Part shown: piece after piece, positions 25,953-43,805 of the stretch
Numbering within the stretch: the stretch's first letter is position 1
Layout: each line of letters starts with the position of its first letter
From: Heptranchias perlo
Lineage: Eukaryota
DNA: 64,000 nt
Reading direction: 5' to 3'
Assembly: GCF_035084215.1 (NCBI RefSeq)
Contig: NC_090359.1
Coordinates: forward strand, 15,562,001 to 15,626,000
The notes under the pieces: generated by a model
The model's database searches: none
What the model was told of the DNA's origin: nothing
The model's input: only the letters and a program-made list of their open reading frames with translations
Program-made: the position numbers and the translations under genes

Positions 25953-28805
25953 CTAGTTAAACTGGGTTTGCTTGTGTTTCCTGTTCAGGAACAAGTCAAT
26001 CCAAGAAGCAGAGATCAGAGAGACAGCGCTCACAGTCAGGGCCAAGATCAGGACCACCTCAGACGCCACACCTATAAAGCAACAAGAAACCAATGGTTAG
26101 TGAAGGAAATACTGAGGGGAAAATGGAAACTAGCAGTCGGCCAACTCACCACCTGGAGACCTCTCCTGCATCCTTTGCTCAACATCATTAAGGGGCTCAG
26201 TTGCCAGGTCTGTCACATGAGGATCCAGAATGACCAAGGGTCCAAGTGAGGCCTCACCCTCCCACTTCAACTCAGCATCACTCTCTGCAATATCAAACAT
26301 TCCAGTTAGAGGGTAAAGGGTGACCTCCAACAATCAAGAGGATCAATGTCCTACCAGGTCCAGATACAAGATCCCTCCTTCCTCTGGAATCAACGAGGAA
26401 ATCCCTTGTGGCACTGCAGTTGCCCAGATGACAACAGGCACACACGTCATTGGTCGATTCTTCCAATGGGGTCGAGCTCAACCAGAGAATCAGTTCATCA
26501 ACCAGGTTGTCCATCACCCTTTAATCAACACATCCCTGAACGAGAGAGGGAACTTACATATTCTGGAAAGTACAAGCCTTGTTCATGGAATCTCTCCGAT
26601 CCACTGCAGCAACTTTCAGGTGACAGGTGATGAAAATCTGAGGGACACATTCAATACAAGTTGTTATTTAGTGACCTCCTCCCAACATGGGGAACCCAAT
26701 GTTTGGCTTCCTCTTACCAAGGAACGGTCATCTCCAAAGAAGCGGAACGCATCCAGATCAAACTGGAGTTCGTCCAGCTCACGTTCACCTCTTGGCAACA
26801 CAAAGGTTGAAAAGGAGTCCTCAGCTTTGCTGTCCAGGAGGCAACTGAAGAAAGATTTAAAAAGGGACAAAGTGAATTAAGTGAACCGATTGAGACAGAA
26901 CCAGCTGGAGAAAGCAGAGAGCTCCTTACCCATGGGAGTCAATGATGTTGTATCTTGGGGTGGAATCCTTGTCTGGGCTCAATGTCGCTGCACAGCTGTC
27001 AATGTAGAGATTCAAGGGCATGTGGTTGGTCATTGAAACAGAGGCCTCAATGTGAATGAGGTCACCCAGGTAGTAGACAGTCGAGGTGCGCTCTGAAAGC
27101 CAGTCATCTGAAGTACAAGAGGACAAGGGTTGGAGACAGTGGGTGTAACTCCCAGTGGGAGACGACAGAAAAGCACTCGCCATCCACCCATCACATACCG
27201 TTCATAAGACGCAGTGAGAATGACAGAAGTCCTTCTCCAGACTTGGTAGAGCGGAATGGGATCCAGGTGGGCTTGATAGGGTCACTGCTCACATTGCCCT
27301 TCCTGAAAGGACACTACAGTAATTTCAGGACAACTTCAGAGAACTGCACCTGCTGTAGACCTTATTTGCAATAGAGTAAAGATTCTTACCTAAAATAGTG
27401 GCACTCAATGGGAATGACTGCTCCATTAGTTCTCACAATAACAGATCCACGAGCATTTGGGGTGTGGTTCAGGTGGGTGGTGTCGACCAGGAAATCGCCA
27501 GCCATCTGAAAGACATCAGGTTAAGGAATGAAGAGCTGGTCTCATTGAACAAAAGCTATTTCTGGTCATTTTCCTACCCTGTTAAGCAGCAGTTTAAGGG
27601 GTTTCAGCTGCTCCTCAATGACACATGATTGAAGTAGCTCCACCATTGGGAGAAGTTGCCTGGAGCAGCCTCTGTTACTCTGCTCAGTCCACCTTCTATT
27701 ACAGGGGACTTCAGGCCTGCAGTCAGAAACCCCTGAAATGATTGGCACTGCCAGATTTGATGAGCATTCTTTCGCATATAGATTAGAGCTTTCACCTTAA
27801 GGGGCTCAAGTTACCCCTGATATGGAGCACAAAACACAACATCACTTTTAAATCTCATCTGTGTCCGTGGAATCAATGGTATTGGCAGGTGTAACAACCA
27901 AAAGTGGAGTTCCCCTTTAATACACTGTATCCCAATTATTATTCCACTTGTTTCATCTTTCAAGGGAAGTCTCAACAGGAACTTCCACACTGAACATTCA
28001 TTGACCACAAGTTGAGGCAACAGGCCTGAATATCCACAGGAAGGAACGGAAAAGATAAATCAATTGAGGCACAAAAGAACAGAGTGGTTTGGAGAAATGC
28101 AGGTGAAGGTTCAAGGTCAATAGAATTGAATCTCAGAGTTAGAGAGCAGCAATGACCCATTTAAGAAAGATGCAGTCCCTCAGTGACAAGTCGAAGTTCT
28201 TTTTAAATATAAAGCGAAGATTGACATGTCAACATAAAGAAGTAGTTTCACACAGGGTGATACTTCACAGTGGGCAAAAATTTATACACAGATTTCATTC
28301 AGGGATCTCCTCAGTGGCTGGAGTTTCCCCCGATGTTAATGAGTTCAGAGTGGGCAGTAATCTACACAGTGAAATTGGAACAAGAGTTGAGGAATCACAT
28401 TAACTGCAATCTGCTGCCACATTCATGGAGCCCATAGTCAAAGAGGACAGTGTGGTTCTGAGAGTAGATCCCAGTTGGCCGACAACCTGCTGTCCCCAGG
28501 GTCAGGTCAGCAGCTTTAATCAGGTGCCTGGTTCTAAATAAATCCATGTCTACCCTCACCAGCAGGTTCTGCTCTCCACACTGCACCATCACAGTCTGCA
28601 GTGGAGACAGACTTCTCCCCTCAGACACACTGAAATGGGAACCAAAGGGAGGCACAGGGAGAGGGACTCTCTGGGGCACAGGGGTGGGTTTTACTCTTCT
28701 CCATGGAAATCTCTGGCCTACAAACTGTTGTCAAATATCAGAGCAACAAACCGCTCCAACTAACACCAGCACCGGGAACAAACCTCTCACTACAAAATCC
28801 CCCAT
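25953..28805 (-). pseudogene. zp3: zona pellucida glycoprotein 3 (ZP3/ZPC)-like gene, 9 exons, disabled
   Basis: Exons 28805-28404, 27505-27390, 27302-27199, 27107-26930, 26844-26718, 26637-26558, 26476-26355, 26284-26150, 26071-25953. Encodes a signal peptide, ZP motifs (VQC, LHECGS, PIECHY, PTWIPF, FITCHLK, CACC), an RGRR furin site and a TM helix. AATAAA lies at 25934-25939. Lesions are TGA at codon 25 (28731-28733) and intron-1 donor GT>TT. Confidence 0.9.
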
Positions 28806-28849
28806 GATACCAAACAACTCAACTATCACTTTACCCACCAACCAGCACC

Positions 28850-29145
28850 TTTTTTTTTTTCTTTTTTTTTCTGGCCCCCCTTTTATAAGAAGGGGGGGGT
28901 GTAGGGTGTGCTTAAGTACTAAAAACCAAATAAAACGAAACCAGGCATCAAATTAAAATTTTATTTTCCTCGTCCAGGATGCACTCCAGCACCTGCGGTG
29001 CCCACCGGTCGCGGAAAGCCTCAAGCGTACCGGCAGACACCGCGTGCTCCATCTCCAGGGCCACCCGGGCGCGGAACAACCCGCGAAAGAGAGGCAGACA
29101 GGCCGAGCGACCGCCCCCACGGACCGCGAGCATCCTGGACCTGGG
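28850..29145 (-). mobile_element. Tx1-clade LINE short 3' end abutting the ZP3 5' UTR
   Basis: Encodes ...RARVALEMEHAVSAGTLEAFRDRWAPQ..ECILDEENKILI*, followed by a 3' hairpin with TATAAAA (28881-28887) and an A-rich tail. Confidence 0.85.
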
Positions 29146-29167
29146 GATATCCAGGATGCACTCCAGT

Positions 29168-31027
29168 TTCGTCTAGTTTTCTGGTGGGTCAGTGGCGGGT
29201 GGACTCCCTGCCGGAGGAGCTCAGGCCTTTCGCCTGGAGTACCACGCACCTCCGGTACCTGGGAGTCTACCTCGGCCCTGCCGAGGAAGCCTGGCCGGCG
29301 AACTGGGAAGAGCTGGAGGCCAAGGTCGCCGCTCGCCTGGCGCGCTGGACAGGACTGCTCCGAGTGTTATCCTACAGGGGTCGAGTGCTGGTCATAAACC
29401 AGCTGGTGGCCGCCATGTTGTGGTACCGGTTGGTCACTTTGACCCCACCCCCCGAGTTTGTCACCAAGATTCAGAGGAAGTTCGTCGACTTCTTCTGGGC
29501 CAAAGGGATGCACTGGGTCGCTGCCGCGGTCCTGAGTCTCCCGCTTAGGGAGGGCGGTCAGGGGCTGGTGTGCGTCCGCACCCAGGTGGCAACTTTCCGC
29601 CTTCGGACGCTGCGGCGATACCTGTACGTTGAGCGTCCTCTTAGATGGCGTGCGCTGGCGACGTATTTTTTCCGCCAGCTGCACGGCCTGAACTACGACA
29701 CGCAGCTCCTGTTCGTCTCGCTGGTGGGCGGCCGCACGTCTTTGCAGGAGCTGCCTGTCTTTTACCAGGATCTGCTCAGGGTCTGGAACATGGTCGCCTC
29801 CGGTCGGAGCTCTCGCCCGTCAGGGGTAGCGGCCGTCCTGCAGGAGCCGCTGCTCGGGAATCCGTTCCTCTGCGATATCGGCTTCGGCCACTCGCGGCTG
29901 TCGGGGCGGAGGGCCGTGGCCGGTCGCGTAACCAGAGTCAGGGACGTCCTGGATGGCGGTGGGTCGGGTTGGTTGGAGCCGTGGGCGCTCGCCGCACGGA
30001 TGTCCTCGTGGCGTGCCGGGGACGCGGCCATCGCCATCCAGGCGTTGAAATCGGCGCTCGGCCCTGACTCCACTCGGGATGTGGAGGCGGCTCAGGCGTG
30101 CGGAGCCAACCCGTCCGACCTGACCCCCGTTCGGACGGAGTTCCTCCTCGGCGCCAAACCCCGGCACCTCCCTCGGGGGGCCGCGCCTCACAACTTGAGC
30201 CGTCTCTCGGAAATTCCCTCCGTGCCGTTTCTCACCGCGCGGAGGGATTTCCTGTACGGGCTGCTCCTGCACACCATCCACTTCCTCGCCCTCGTCTCTC
30301 GGCCGGACACGCCCTGGCGTAACATCCTGCCGTCCGGCGGAGACGGGGGTTCCCAGTGGGGGGCTCTCTACTCAGGGATCCTCCCGTGTTCCATCGGGGA
30401 TCTGGGCTGGAGGGTGGTGCACGGAGCAGTCGCGTGCAACCGGCGGTTACGCCATTTCACGGACACCCAGGCCGCTTGTGATTTCTGCGGCCTGGAGGAG
30501 TCCGTGTTTCATTTGTTCACGGGGTGTGGGAGACTGCAGCCCCGGTTTGATTATTTGAAGGGGCTGCTCCTCAAGTTCTGGCTGCATTTCAGTCCCACGC
30601 TCCTGATCTTTGGCCGCCCGGTGAGGAGGGGGGCGGGCAGGTCGGTGGACGTTCTCGTGGGCCTGCTCCTGGGCCTGTCCAAGGTGGCCATCCACAGGTC
30701 TAGGATGATCGTGGTCCGTGGGGGCGGTCGCTCGGCCTGTCTGCCTCTCTTCAGCGGAATGCTCCGCGCCCGGGTGGCCCTGGAGATGGAGCACGCGGTG
30801 TCTGCCGGTACGCTTGAGGCTTTCCACGACCGGTGGGCACCGCAGGGGCTGGAGTGCATCCTGGACGAGGATAATAAAATTTTTATTTGAACACTTGGTT
30901 TTGGTTTGTTTGGTTTTAGTATTTAAGCACACCCCACACCCCTCTTCTTATAAAAGAGGGGCCTAACAAAATTAAAAAAAAAGGAAAAAAAAAAATCTGA
31001 AAGTGAAAAAAAAAGAAAAAAAAAAAT
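29168..31027 (+). mobile_element. Tx1-clade LINE, 5'-truncated, open ORF2 C-terminus (RT thumb and Zn finger)
   Basis: Encodes LRYLGVYL, LSYRGRVLVINQL, LPLREGGQGL and CDFCGLEESVFHLFTGC, with a stop at 30890, then a hairpin and poly(A). Confidence 0.9.
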
Positions 31028-31457
31028 CAGAAAGTTTCTCTTTGTTTCAATCTCTTGGAATCATAACTTTGAATTATTTGATAATAATTTGATATTTTCA
31101 CTGAAGTGGCTTTTCATAATCTGGTCAAGTTTATTACTTGTTGGTGATTGTGATGTTGAGACAATATTCAAAGCAATCAAGTTGTCTTGAGTGAATTTGC
31201 AAACCACCATTGGTCAGAGAAATGGAAATTCCATCCCATGGATGGTGTGAATCGTCCCCAGTTCTAATATAGAGAATGGGTGTGTCTGAGGATTGGCAGC
31301 ATGGGGGCATCAACTGGGCAAAGCATTGTGGGATGTGTCATTTTTAGTTTTGATTCTCATGAAATGTTGTTTGGTAAAATTCAGGATATTCAGCGAGAAT
31401 GAGAGGCAGTGAAGATTACTGAATGCAATGTCACCCACACAAACATCTCCATTTGTG

Positions 31458-31830
31458 TCAGCTGTGGCTCAGTGGCAGCACTCTCACCTCAGAGTCAGAA
31501 GGTTGTGGGTTCAAGTCATCATCTCGAGACTTGAGCACATAATCTAGGCTGACTAAGGGAGTGCTGTACTGTCGGAGGTGCCGTCTTTTGGATGTGATAT
31601 TAAATCGAGGCCTCATCTGCTCTCTCAGGTGGACGTGAAATATCCCACAGCACTATTTCGAGGAAGAGCAGCGGAGTTCTCCCCAATATCTGGACCAATA
31701 TTTATCCCTCAACGAACATCACTAAAACAGATTATCAGGTCAATATTTCATTGCTGTTTTTGGGTCCTTGCTGGAGGCAAATTGACTGCCGCATTTCTTA
31801 CCTTACAACAGTGACTACACCTCAAAGGTG
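31458..31830 (+). mobile_element. Deu-domain tRNA-derived SINE (SacSINE1-like)
   Basis: A/B-box head TGGCTCAGTGG...GGTTCAAGTC and core GCCGTCTTT.GGATG...AGGTGGACGTGAA. Confidence 0.75.
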
Positions 31831-33614
31831 CGAACTATGCAGCAGTCAAAGCTACCAGATAATCCACACTGACTCGTAAAATTATGGCTCAACAACGTAT
31901 GAAATGTGGTGACATTGATATCCCAAAAGTGCCTTTAGAGATCATAATATCCTACTATTACAGCACAGAAAGAAGCCATTCAGCCCATTGTGCCGATGCT
32001 GCCTCTTTGAAAGAGCTATCCAATTAGTCCCACTCCCCTGCTCTTTCCCCCTTCAAGTATTTATCCAATTTCCTTTTGAAAGTTATTAAATCTGCTTCCA
32101 CCACCCGATGAGGCAATGCATTCCAGATCAGAACACTGAAAAAAGTTTCGTGTCACTTCTGGTTCTTTTACCAATCACCTTAAATCTGTGTTTGCTGGTT
32201 ACTAACCGGTCTGCTACTGGAATCAGTTTCCCCTTATTTACTCCATCAATATAAAGATATTAACATGGACTGACTGAAGACGGCAATTCTATCACACCCA
32301 GTGCAAGTCACAAGTTCCTAAACTTCACTTGGAAACACTGGATAATTACAGCTACAGCATCAACATTTGAATCCATTCATAGGGGTGAAGGAGATGAAGG
32401 GAGAACCCATAGGATTTGGAAAGGTTGATTACAATTTGGTATGGAACGCACAATAGGACTATAGGCAAATCGACACATTTATGGAGGAGCTGATTGTATT
32501 GTGTTTATGAATTGATGGCATTGGGATGTGGAGTTTCAGGCAAAATATCTATTTAACTTGGTTTAAATGAAATGGTGATCCAGTAGAATTTAGAATTGTA
32601 ATCTATTATTAACTGCACAATGGGATAAATACAAATTGATAGATTTATGGATGAGCTGCTTATATTGGGTTTATGAATTGATGGAACAGTAGTGGTATGG
32701 AAGAGTTTAGGAGCCTTATCTATTCAACTTAATGGTTCAAGTTAGCTGTTTAGTGCATTTACTACGTCTCCCAGAAGGAAGATTTTGTTTGCTGGAGTTT
32801 AGTTCGAGGTATTTTTTCTGTACCATACCCAATTTATTATTCATGGGGGAGATTAACAGGGGGTTGGGGTGCAAGATGAAAATGAAGGGAAATAGACAAA
32901 CAGGGAACCTGCACTCCCCCATATGAGACCTATTTGACTCCAAACAAACAGTTTATTAGGAGTAATAGTGAGTGATTTCATAAGCTACCCCAACTACCTA
33001 CTGAGGTCTGTAGCATCTTTGAAAAAAAAGCATGTGGATTGTTCTTCCCCAGGCAGATACTATTCTTAAAAAAATTGCCTGTTGGACTGAAATTACTAGT
33101 TCACTTTCCTTGTGTTTTATTGGAACAAAATGTTACAGCAGCTGATTTTGCATCATTAATGAGTTAAACAGTTGATAATATGCAGTACTAATAGGAACAG
33201 TAACTCATTACTGTATTGTTCTTTGCATTGAAATCAGTAGTAATCATTTTACTGCATAAATACAATTTGCACTCAAGGCAGACACATTGGCCCTCAACAC
33301 CCAAGTCACTACATTGATATGACCCCAGAAGAAAAAATGTCATAGGGCAGAATCTCACCCTAAAGCCAATACATAGCCCAATGTAATTTGTTACAACAGC
33401 TGAATTATGTTAATCTGAAAAATAAGCAATCACTCAATTTACAAGGAGCCAAAACCCAGTCTTCTGTAACAGTTTATTTCCAGTTACTATTACATTTCAC
33501 ATCAAGAGCCCAGGTCTCACAGCTCTTAGTACAAAGTCACCATTGCTACAGGATAGGGGTTCTTCAGACTATAAACAGGAGTACTGAACAATAAGCTTTA
33601 TCCCTGCAGTCAGT

Positions 33615-36172
<2,558 letters not shown>

Positions 36173-36246
36173 CTTTAAATTAACTTTAACAAAACTAAAC
36201 AACTCTATTGAAGCAAGCAACTGAAAAACAGCCACCCAGAGCTCCA

Positions 36247-36415
36247 TATTTATACTGCTGGTTAATCCTGGGCGTGGCAGCCTAGATGATGAGTGACAGT
36301 TGGCAATACCCAATCAGAAATTACATCCTCTCTCAGAACACCAATCAAGAAAAGGGAGGAGGGGAGATGACACCCAGAGCCAGTCAGAACTTTGAAGGAG
36401 GAGCATCATTGGCTG
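36247..36415 (-). promoter_or_regulatory. ferritin A promoter
   Basis: TATAAATA at 36247-36254, GGCGTGGC and several CCAAT boxes. The same motifs are conserved upstream of copy C (43680-43800). Confidence 0.7.
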
Positions 36416-36469
36416 ACAATTCAATAAAGATCCAATTGCTTTGACTTTCCTCAAACTGTAAAATCTGTT

Positions 36470-36645
36470 TCCGTGACCGGTGGGCACCGCAGGGACTGGA
36501 GTGCATCCTGGATCGATGTAATAAAATTATAATTTAACACTTATTTTGGGTTTATTGATTTACTGCACATAAACACAACCAACCCCCCCTCCCCTTCTTA
36601 TAAAAGGGGGGCCTAAAACACAAAAAAAGGAAAAGCAAAAAAACC
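36470..36645 (+). mobile_element. Tx1-family 3' end upstream of ferritin A (further fragment 36890-37015 -)
   Basis: CGGTGGGCACCGCAGGGACTGGAGTGCATCCTGGA...CCCCTTCTTATAAAAGGGGGGCC followed by an A-tail. Confidence 0.85.
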
Positions 36646-39011
36646 ATGGCTGCTCTTCCATCCCACACTCCAAAGAAAAAAAAATCTGATCGTGACCATA
36701 TTCTTGACCATAATCGACCTTTCTTTGATGGACCAATAAGGGAGACTCTGGGTTGCCCCAGGGTCACCAAACATAAACCATCACAAGTGGCCCTCTCAGG
36801 GCACCACTAATATTGGATGGTCCAATCAAACTGAAAAGAGACCAAAATAAGCATCAAGTGCCACCAAAAACAACAGGATACTTTCCCAATTAAATCAGGA
36901 TTCTATTATTGATGTCTGAAAGACAGTCGATACCCTGCGGTGCCCAGCGGTCGCGGAAGGCATCAAGCGTAACGGTGGACACCACATGCTCCCTCTCCGG
37001 GGCCACCCGGGCACTTGACCATAATGGACCAAATTGTCAATTGGTGGATCTGCCCCCATCCCATCGGTTATGGTCACTGATCGTGACGGTTCAAAGATCC
37101 AGAACCACAGGTTTAATTGTTGTTTGCGGGTCAGTGTCTTTGAATAATTCTGGATGGATCCGTGAGTTGGTTATTTGGCAAGTAGCGGCGGGTTTGAGGC
37201 AACATCCAAACAGATCAGAGCCTGTGAACAGCAACCAACAGCGAGTCAGGCGAATGGAAAGTGGGTGTGATGAACGTGTTAAACACAAGTCCTTCAATAC
37301 TCCATCAATTCTAGGGTCAGTGAGCATCTGTACACACATCGGCTGGAAAGTGAAGGGGGCCACGGCATGTTGAGTTCTTGTTTTGTCATCATGACATTTT
37401 ACAAACAATAAAATGCAGAGCACTCCACGGGGAAGAGACTGTGGACCATTGACTGAAGGGATTTGGGGGGTGGGGGGTGGTTTGGTGTTGGGAGGGATTG
37501 CGGTGAGAGGCAAACACTGTGTGTAGTGTTGGTTGTATATACAGTGAGCGACAGTGGTGAACAGACTATCTGGTATTTCCTGGGTTTGGTAATCCCTTGT
37601 TTCAATGATTAATCTCTTGTACTTTTTGGACAGTCAAACACCAAGCGGAAAGAGTCGAGTGGTGAATTTTCTCATTAGAAAGGGGAGTTACTGATATTTC
37701 CCTAAATCCGGTCAGGGAAGGATGGGGCTCCGTGGACATTTTGTGTTCCAGATCACATCAGAATACTGTCGGATCAACAACAAACAGCAGGCTAAAAAAA
37801 AATCAAAGGTGGAACCTAGTGAAGGAAAGATGAAGCAACGAAAAGTGGGGTCGATGGACTGATCTGATCATATGATCCCTGTGTGAGAATAACCTGAACA
37901 TCACTGGTGCAAACTCAGTTAAAGCTTTAAACAGACCAAGTAGTTGGTGGTTTAGCCTTTAATTAGATGGCTCTATTCTCCAACTCTTCAGTAGACTTAC
38001 AAGTGGCAGTTTTGGCAATTGGGATCTAGTGTTATTTGGTTCCAGGCCAAATAAGATTACACAAAGATTGTATTCGCAAGGAGAGGGGAATGGGGCAAGA
38101 ACTGTTTAATGAAACAGAATCCAGCAAGGGAAACTTAGAGGGGCTCTTAGATTTGCAACAGCAAATGGAAGTATTTTAGAGGCTATGGGGTCCAGGATAT
38201 AAAAGGTGCATGAGGTGAACAGAGACTGGAAAATAAAAATTGAGATTGAAACAAATAGCAGGAGCTGGACCAAAGTTCTGCACAGGAAGAAAAAGATGGG
38301 CTGAAGAGAAGGAGGAAAGAGCCAGGTAACCCGAGCAGGAACAATTGGAGATTTGGTCTTACTTTGCTCCAGGATTTTTGTAACTACTTAAATTTGAATA
38401 CCTGCTTCAGGGAACACTTCCCTCATGTCCTACAATGGACAAGTCAGCAGCAATGTGTGGGGTTGTTTATTCAGAAGGTTAACTACTGTAATCACCATTG
38501 ATGCCCACATCCCATGAACGAATAGTAATAAAAAAATGCACACTCTCCAAAAGGGATTCAAGCCTATGTGGAGGAAGTGGTCTTACTGTAATCAGATTAC
38601 AGTTTAATCTCTACTACAGAACACCAAATATTGAAAGCTGTTAGGTACAAATCTAATTTTGGCCTGATGGCCATCCTAGGCTGCTACAAAACCAAATTAA
38701 GCCTTCTGGAGGGGAAGGGGTTAAAACATCCATGTGCCCAAACAAATCAGATTTGATCACGGTGACAACCTATTTCTTAGAATTTTTTTTTGTTTGACGC
38801 AAGGCCACGTGCATTGGTGTTAGAATGTGCTCAATTACTGAAGAAAAGGAACCAGTTCAACATCAAAATGTTTTATTTCAGCTGCCAGAACACTCAACTA
38901 CAATGTTTGGAAGTTAATCTTAGACTTTGAATTCCATTCCCAGTTCAGAGAGATGGCAACATAAAACTTCAATACACAAGTTGAATATCTGCAACATGGA
39001 CAACAGTCCAG

Positions 39012-42067
<3,056 letters not shown>

Positions 42068-42894
42068 CCAAACTACTTTTTTTTTAATAGACCAGCAACT
42101 GACTATAAACAATATGAACATAAGGACGTCAAACCGAAGCTGCTGTATTTATTCTTTCAGACCCAACCCATCTTTAACTACAGGATGTGACATCACTGAT
42201 GATAAATGTTTGGCAGCCAATCAAATAGCTGCTTTCTCATCACACGAACGGAAAAAAACCCTAACCCCACCCCCTGAAAAAAGTGGGGGGGGGGGGCCTA
42301 AAAACACCAAAAAAAAAGGAAAAACACACAAAAACCCAATATCTTCAGGATCCTCCTTTCATTCAATCACTTCTCTTGTTCTATTTCATAAGTTTCTTCA
42401 CTTCATTTTAACCTGCTGTTTGTTTTTATTCTGTGACCTGTCTGTTTTTTAACCTCTCTTTCTAATGATTTCTCCCCCTGCTCCTCATTTGTTCTGTTCT
42501 TTTCTCCCCATCTCCCCCATTCCCCAGAATCCCACCCATTCCCATGTCCCCTTGTAACACTGTGCAGTCTGCAGCCTGTGTGTCCATGTCCCTGTGCTTC
42601 AGTCAGCCTGAGTCACTCTCTTCAATAAAAAATATTCCTTCCACTACGAGCATGCTATCCAGTCCCTCGGTGCCATTGTCTCAATGTTACTCTTTTAATT
42701 GAACAAGAAGGAGACACTGAGTTTCTCTTTTTTTCTAATGGGTCTTTGAGCCCCAGTGTCAGGAACCCCGAAAACCTATTCAAGTGCTGTAAGAATTTTT
42801 TCTTGTGGCACACCCAATCATAGCAATGAAACCGAATTAAACCAAAATGTCACTGTCGTAATCAACTATCCACTCCAGTCCCCGGTCTCAAACA

Positions 42895-43610
42895 TAACGG
42901 CAGACACTCCGTGCTCCTTCTCCAGGGCCACCCGAGCACGGAGAATGCTGCGGAAGAGAGACAGACAGTCGGAGCGACCGCCCCCCCATAGGCCATGTCT
43001 AGCCTGGACCTGTAGATGGCCACCTTGGACAGGCCCAGGACCAGACCCACGAGGACTTCAGTCCCACGCTCCTGATCTTTGGCCACCCGTTGAGGGGAGT
43101 GGGGAGTTTGGGGGGGACGCAGGCAAGTCGGAGGACATTCTCATGGGTCTGGCCCTAGGCCTGTCCAAAGTGGTCATCTACAGGTCCAGGCTCGACCCGG
43201 CCCATGGGGACGGTCGCTCCGACCGTCTGCCTCTCTTCCGCAGCATTCTTCGCACCGCGATGGCCCTGGAGAGGGAGCACGCGGTGTCTGCCGGTACGTT
43301 TGAGGCTTTCCGCGACGGATGGGCACCGCAGGGATTGGAGTGCATCCTGGACCGAGATAATAAAATTATAATTTGACACTTATTTTTTTTTTGGATTTAC
43401 TGCACATGAACACACCCTAACCCCCCCTTCTTATAAAAGGGGGGCCTAAAACACACAAAAAAAGCTGACTGCCCATAAAAAAAAATTAAAATTATTATTT
43501 GACTCTGTTATCATTTAGTTTTTGGATTTTTAAAAAAAAAATAAAGTTACATCCTGAACCTCCCTCCCTCAATCTCATAAAAGGGGATCGAAACATACAA
43601 AAAAAGTCAA
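42895..43610. mobile_element. stack of Tx1-family 3' fragments between ferritins B and C
   Basis: A minus piece at ~42895-43060, a plus piece at ~43060-43465 with hairpin and tail, and a further diverged 3' tail at ~43480-43610. Confidence 0.8.
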
Positions 43611-43805
43611 CCTGATTCAAAACAAATCTACTTAATTGAAAAAAAAATGTTCTGATTGGCCTTAAATACAATCTCGACTACGCCTCTTTCTTGATTGGTG
43701 TCCTCAGTGGGCGTAGAGCTCTGAATGGCTAGTGTGAGTTTTTACTCATCATCGGGAATGCCACGCCTTGTATTACAGGCAGGCTGTCCCCAGACATATC
43801 AATAG

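Larger units (their letters stand above)
16360..31517 (+). repeat. left arm of large inverted duplication
   Basis: Reverse complement of ~48715-64000. Paired ORFs appear on opposite strands throughout, for example 630 aa at 28998(+) and 51660(-). Confidence 0.95.

Noticed and set aside
28731-28733. In-frame TGA in ZP3 as selenocysteine or programmed readthrough
   Set aside because: The stops are at different codons in the two copies, other disabling lesions exist, and the 3' UTR is too short for a SECIS.
28998-29167. N-terminus of the 630-aa ORF as a real protein start
   Set aside because: It is the antisense read-through of the inverted 3' fragment. Homology to ORF2 starts at about 29168.
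37020-38760. Possible coding remnants between ferritins A and B
   Set aside because: Only vague similarity to L1-like sequence, which I cannot support without a database search.
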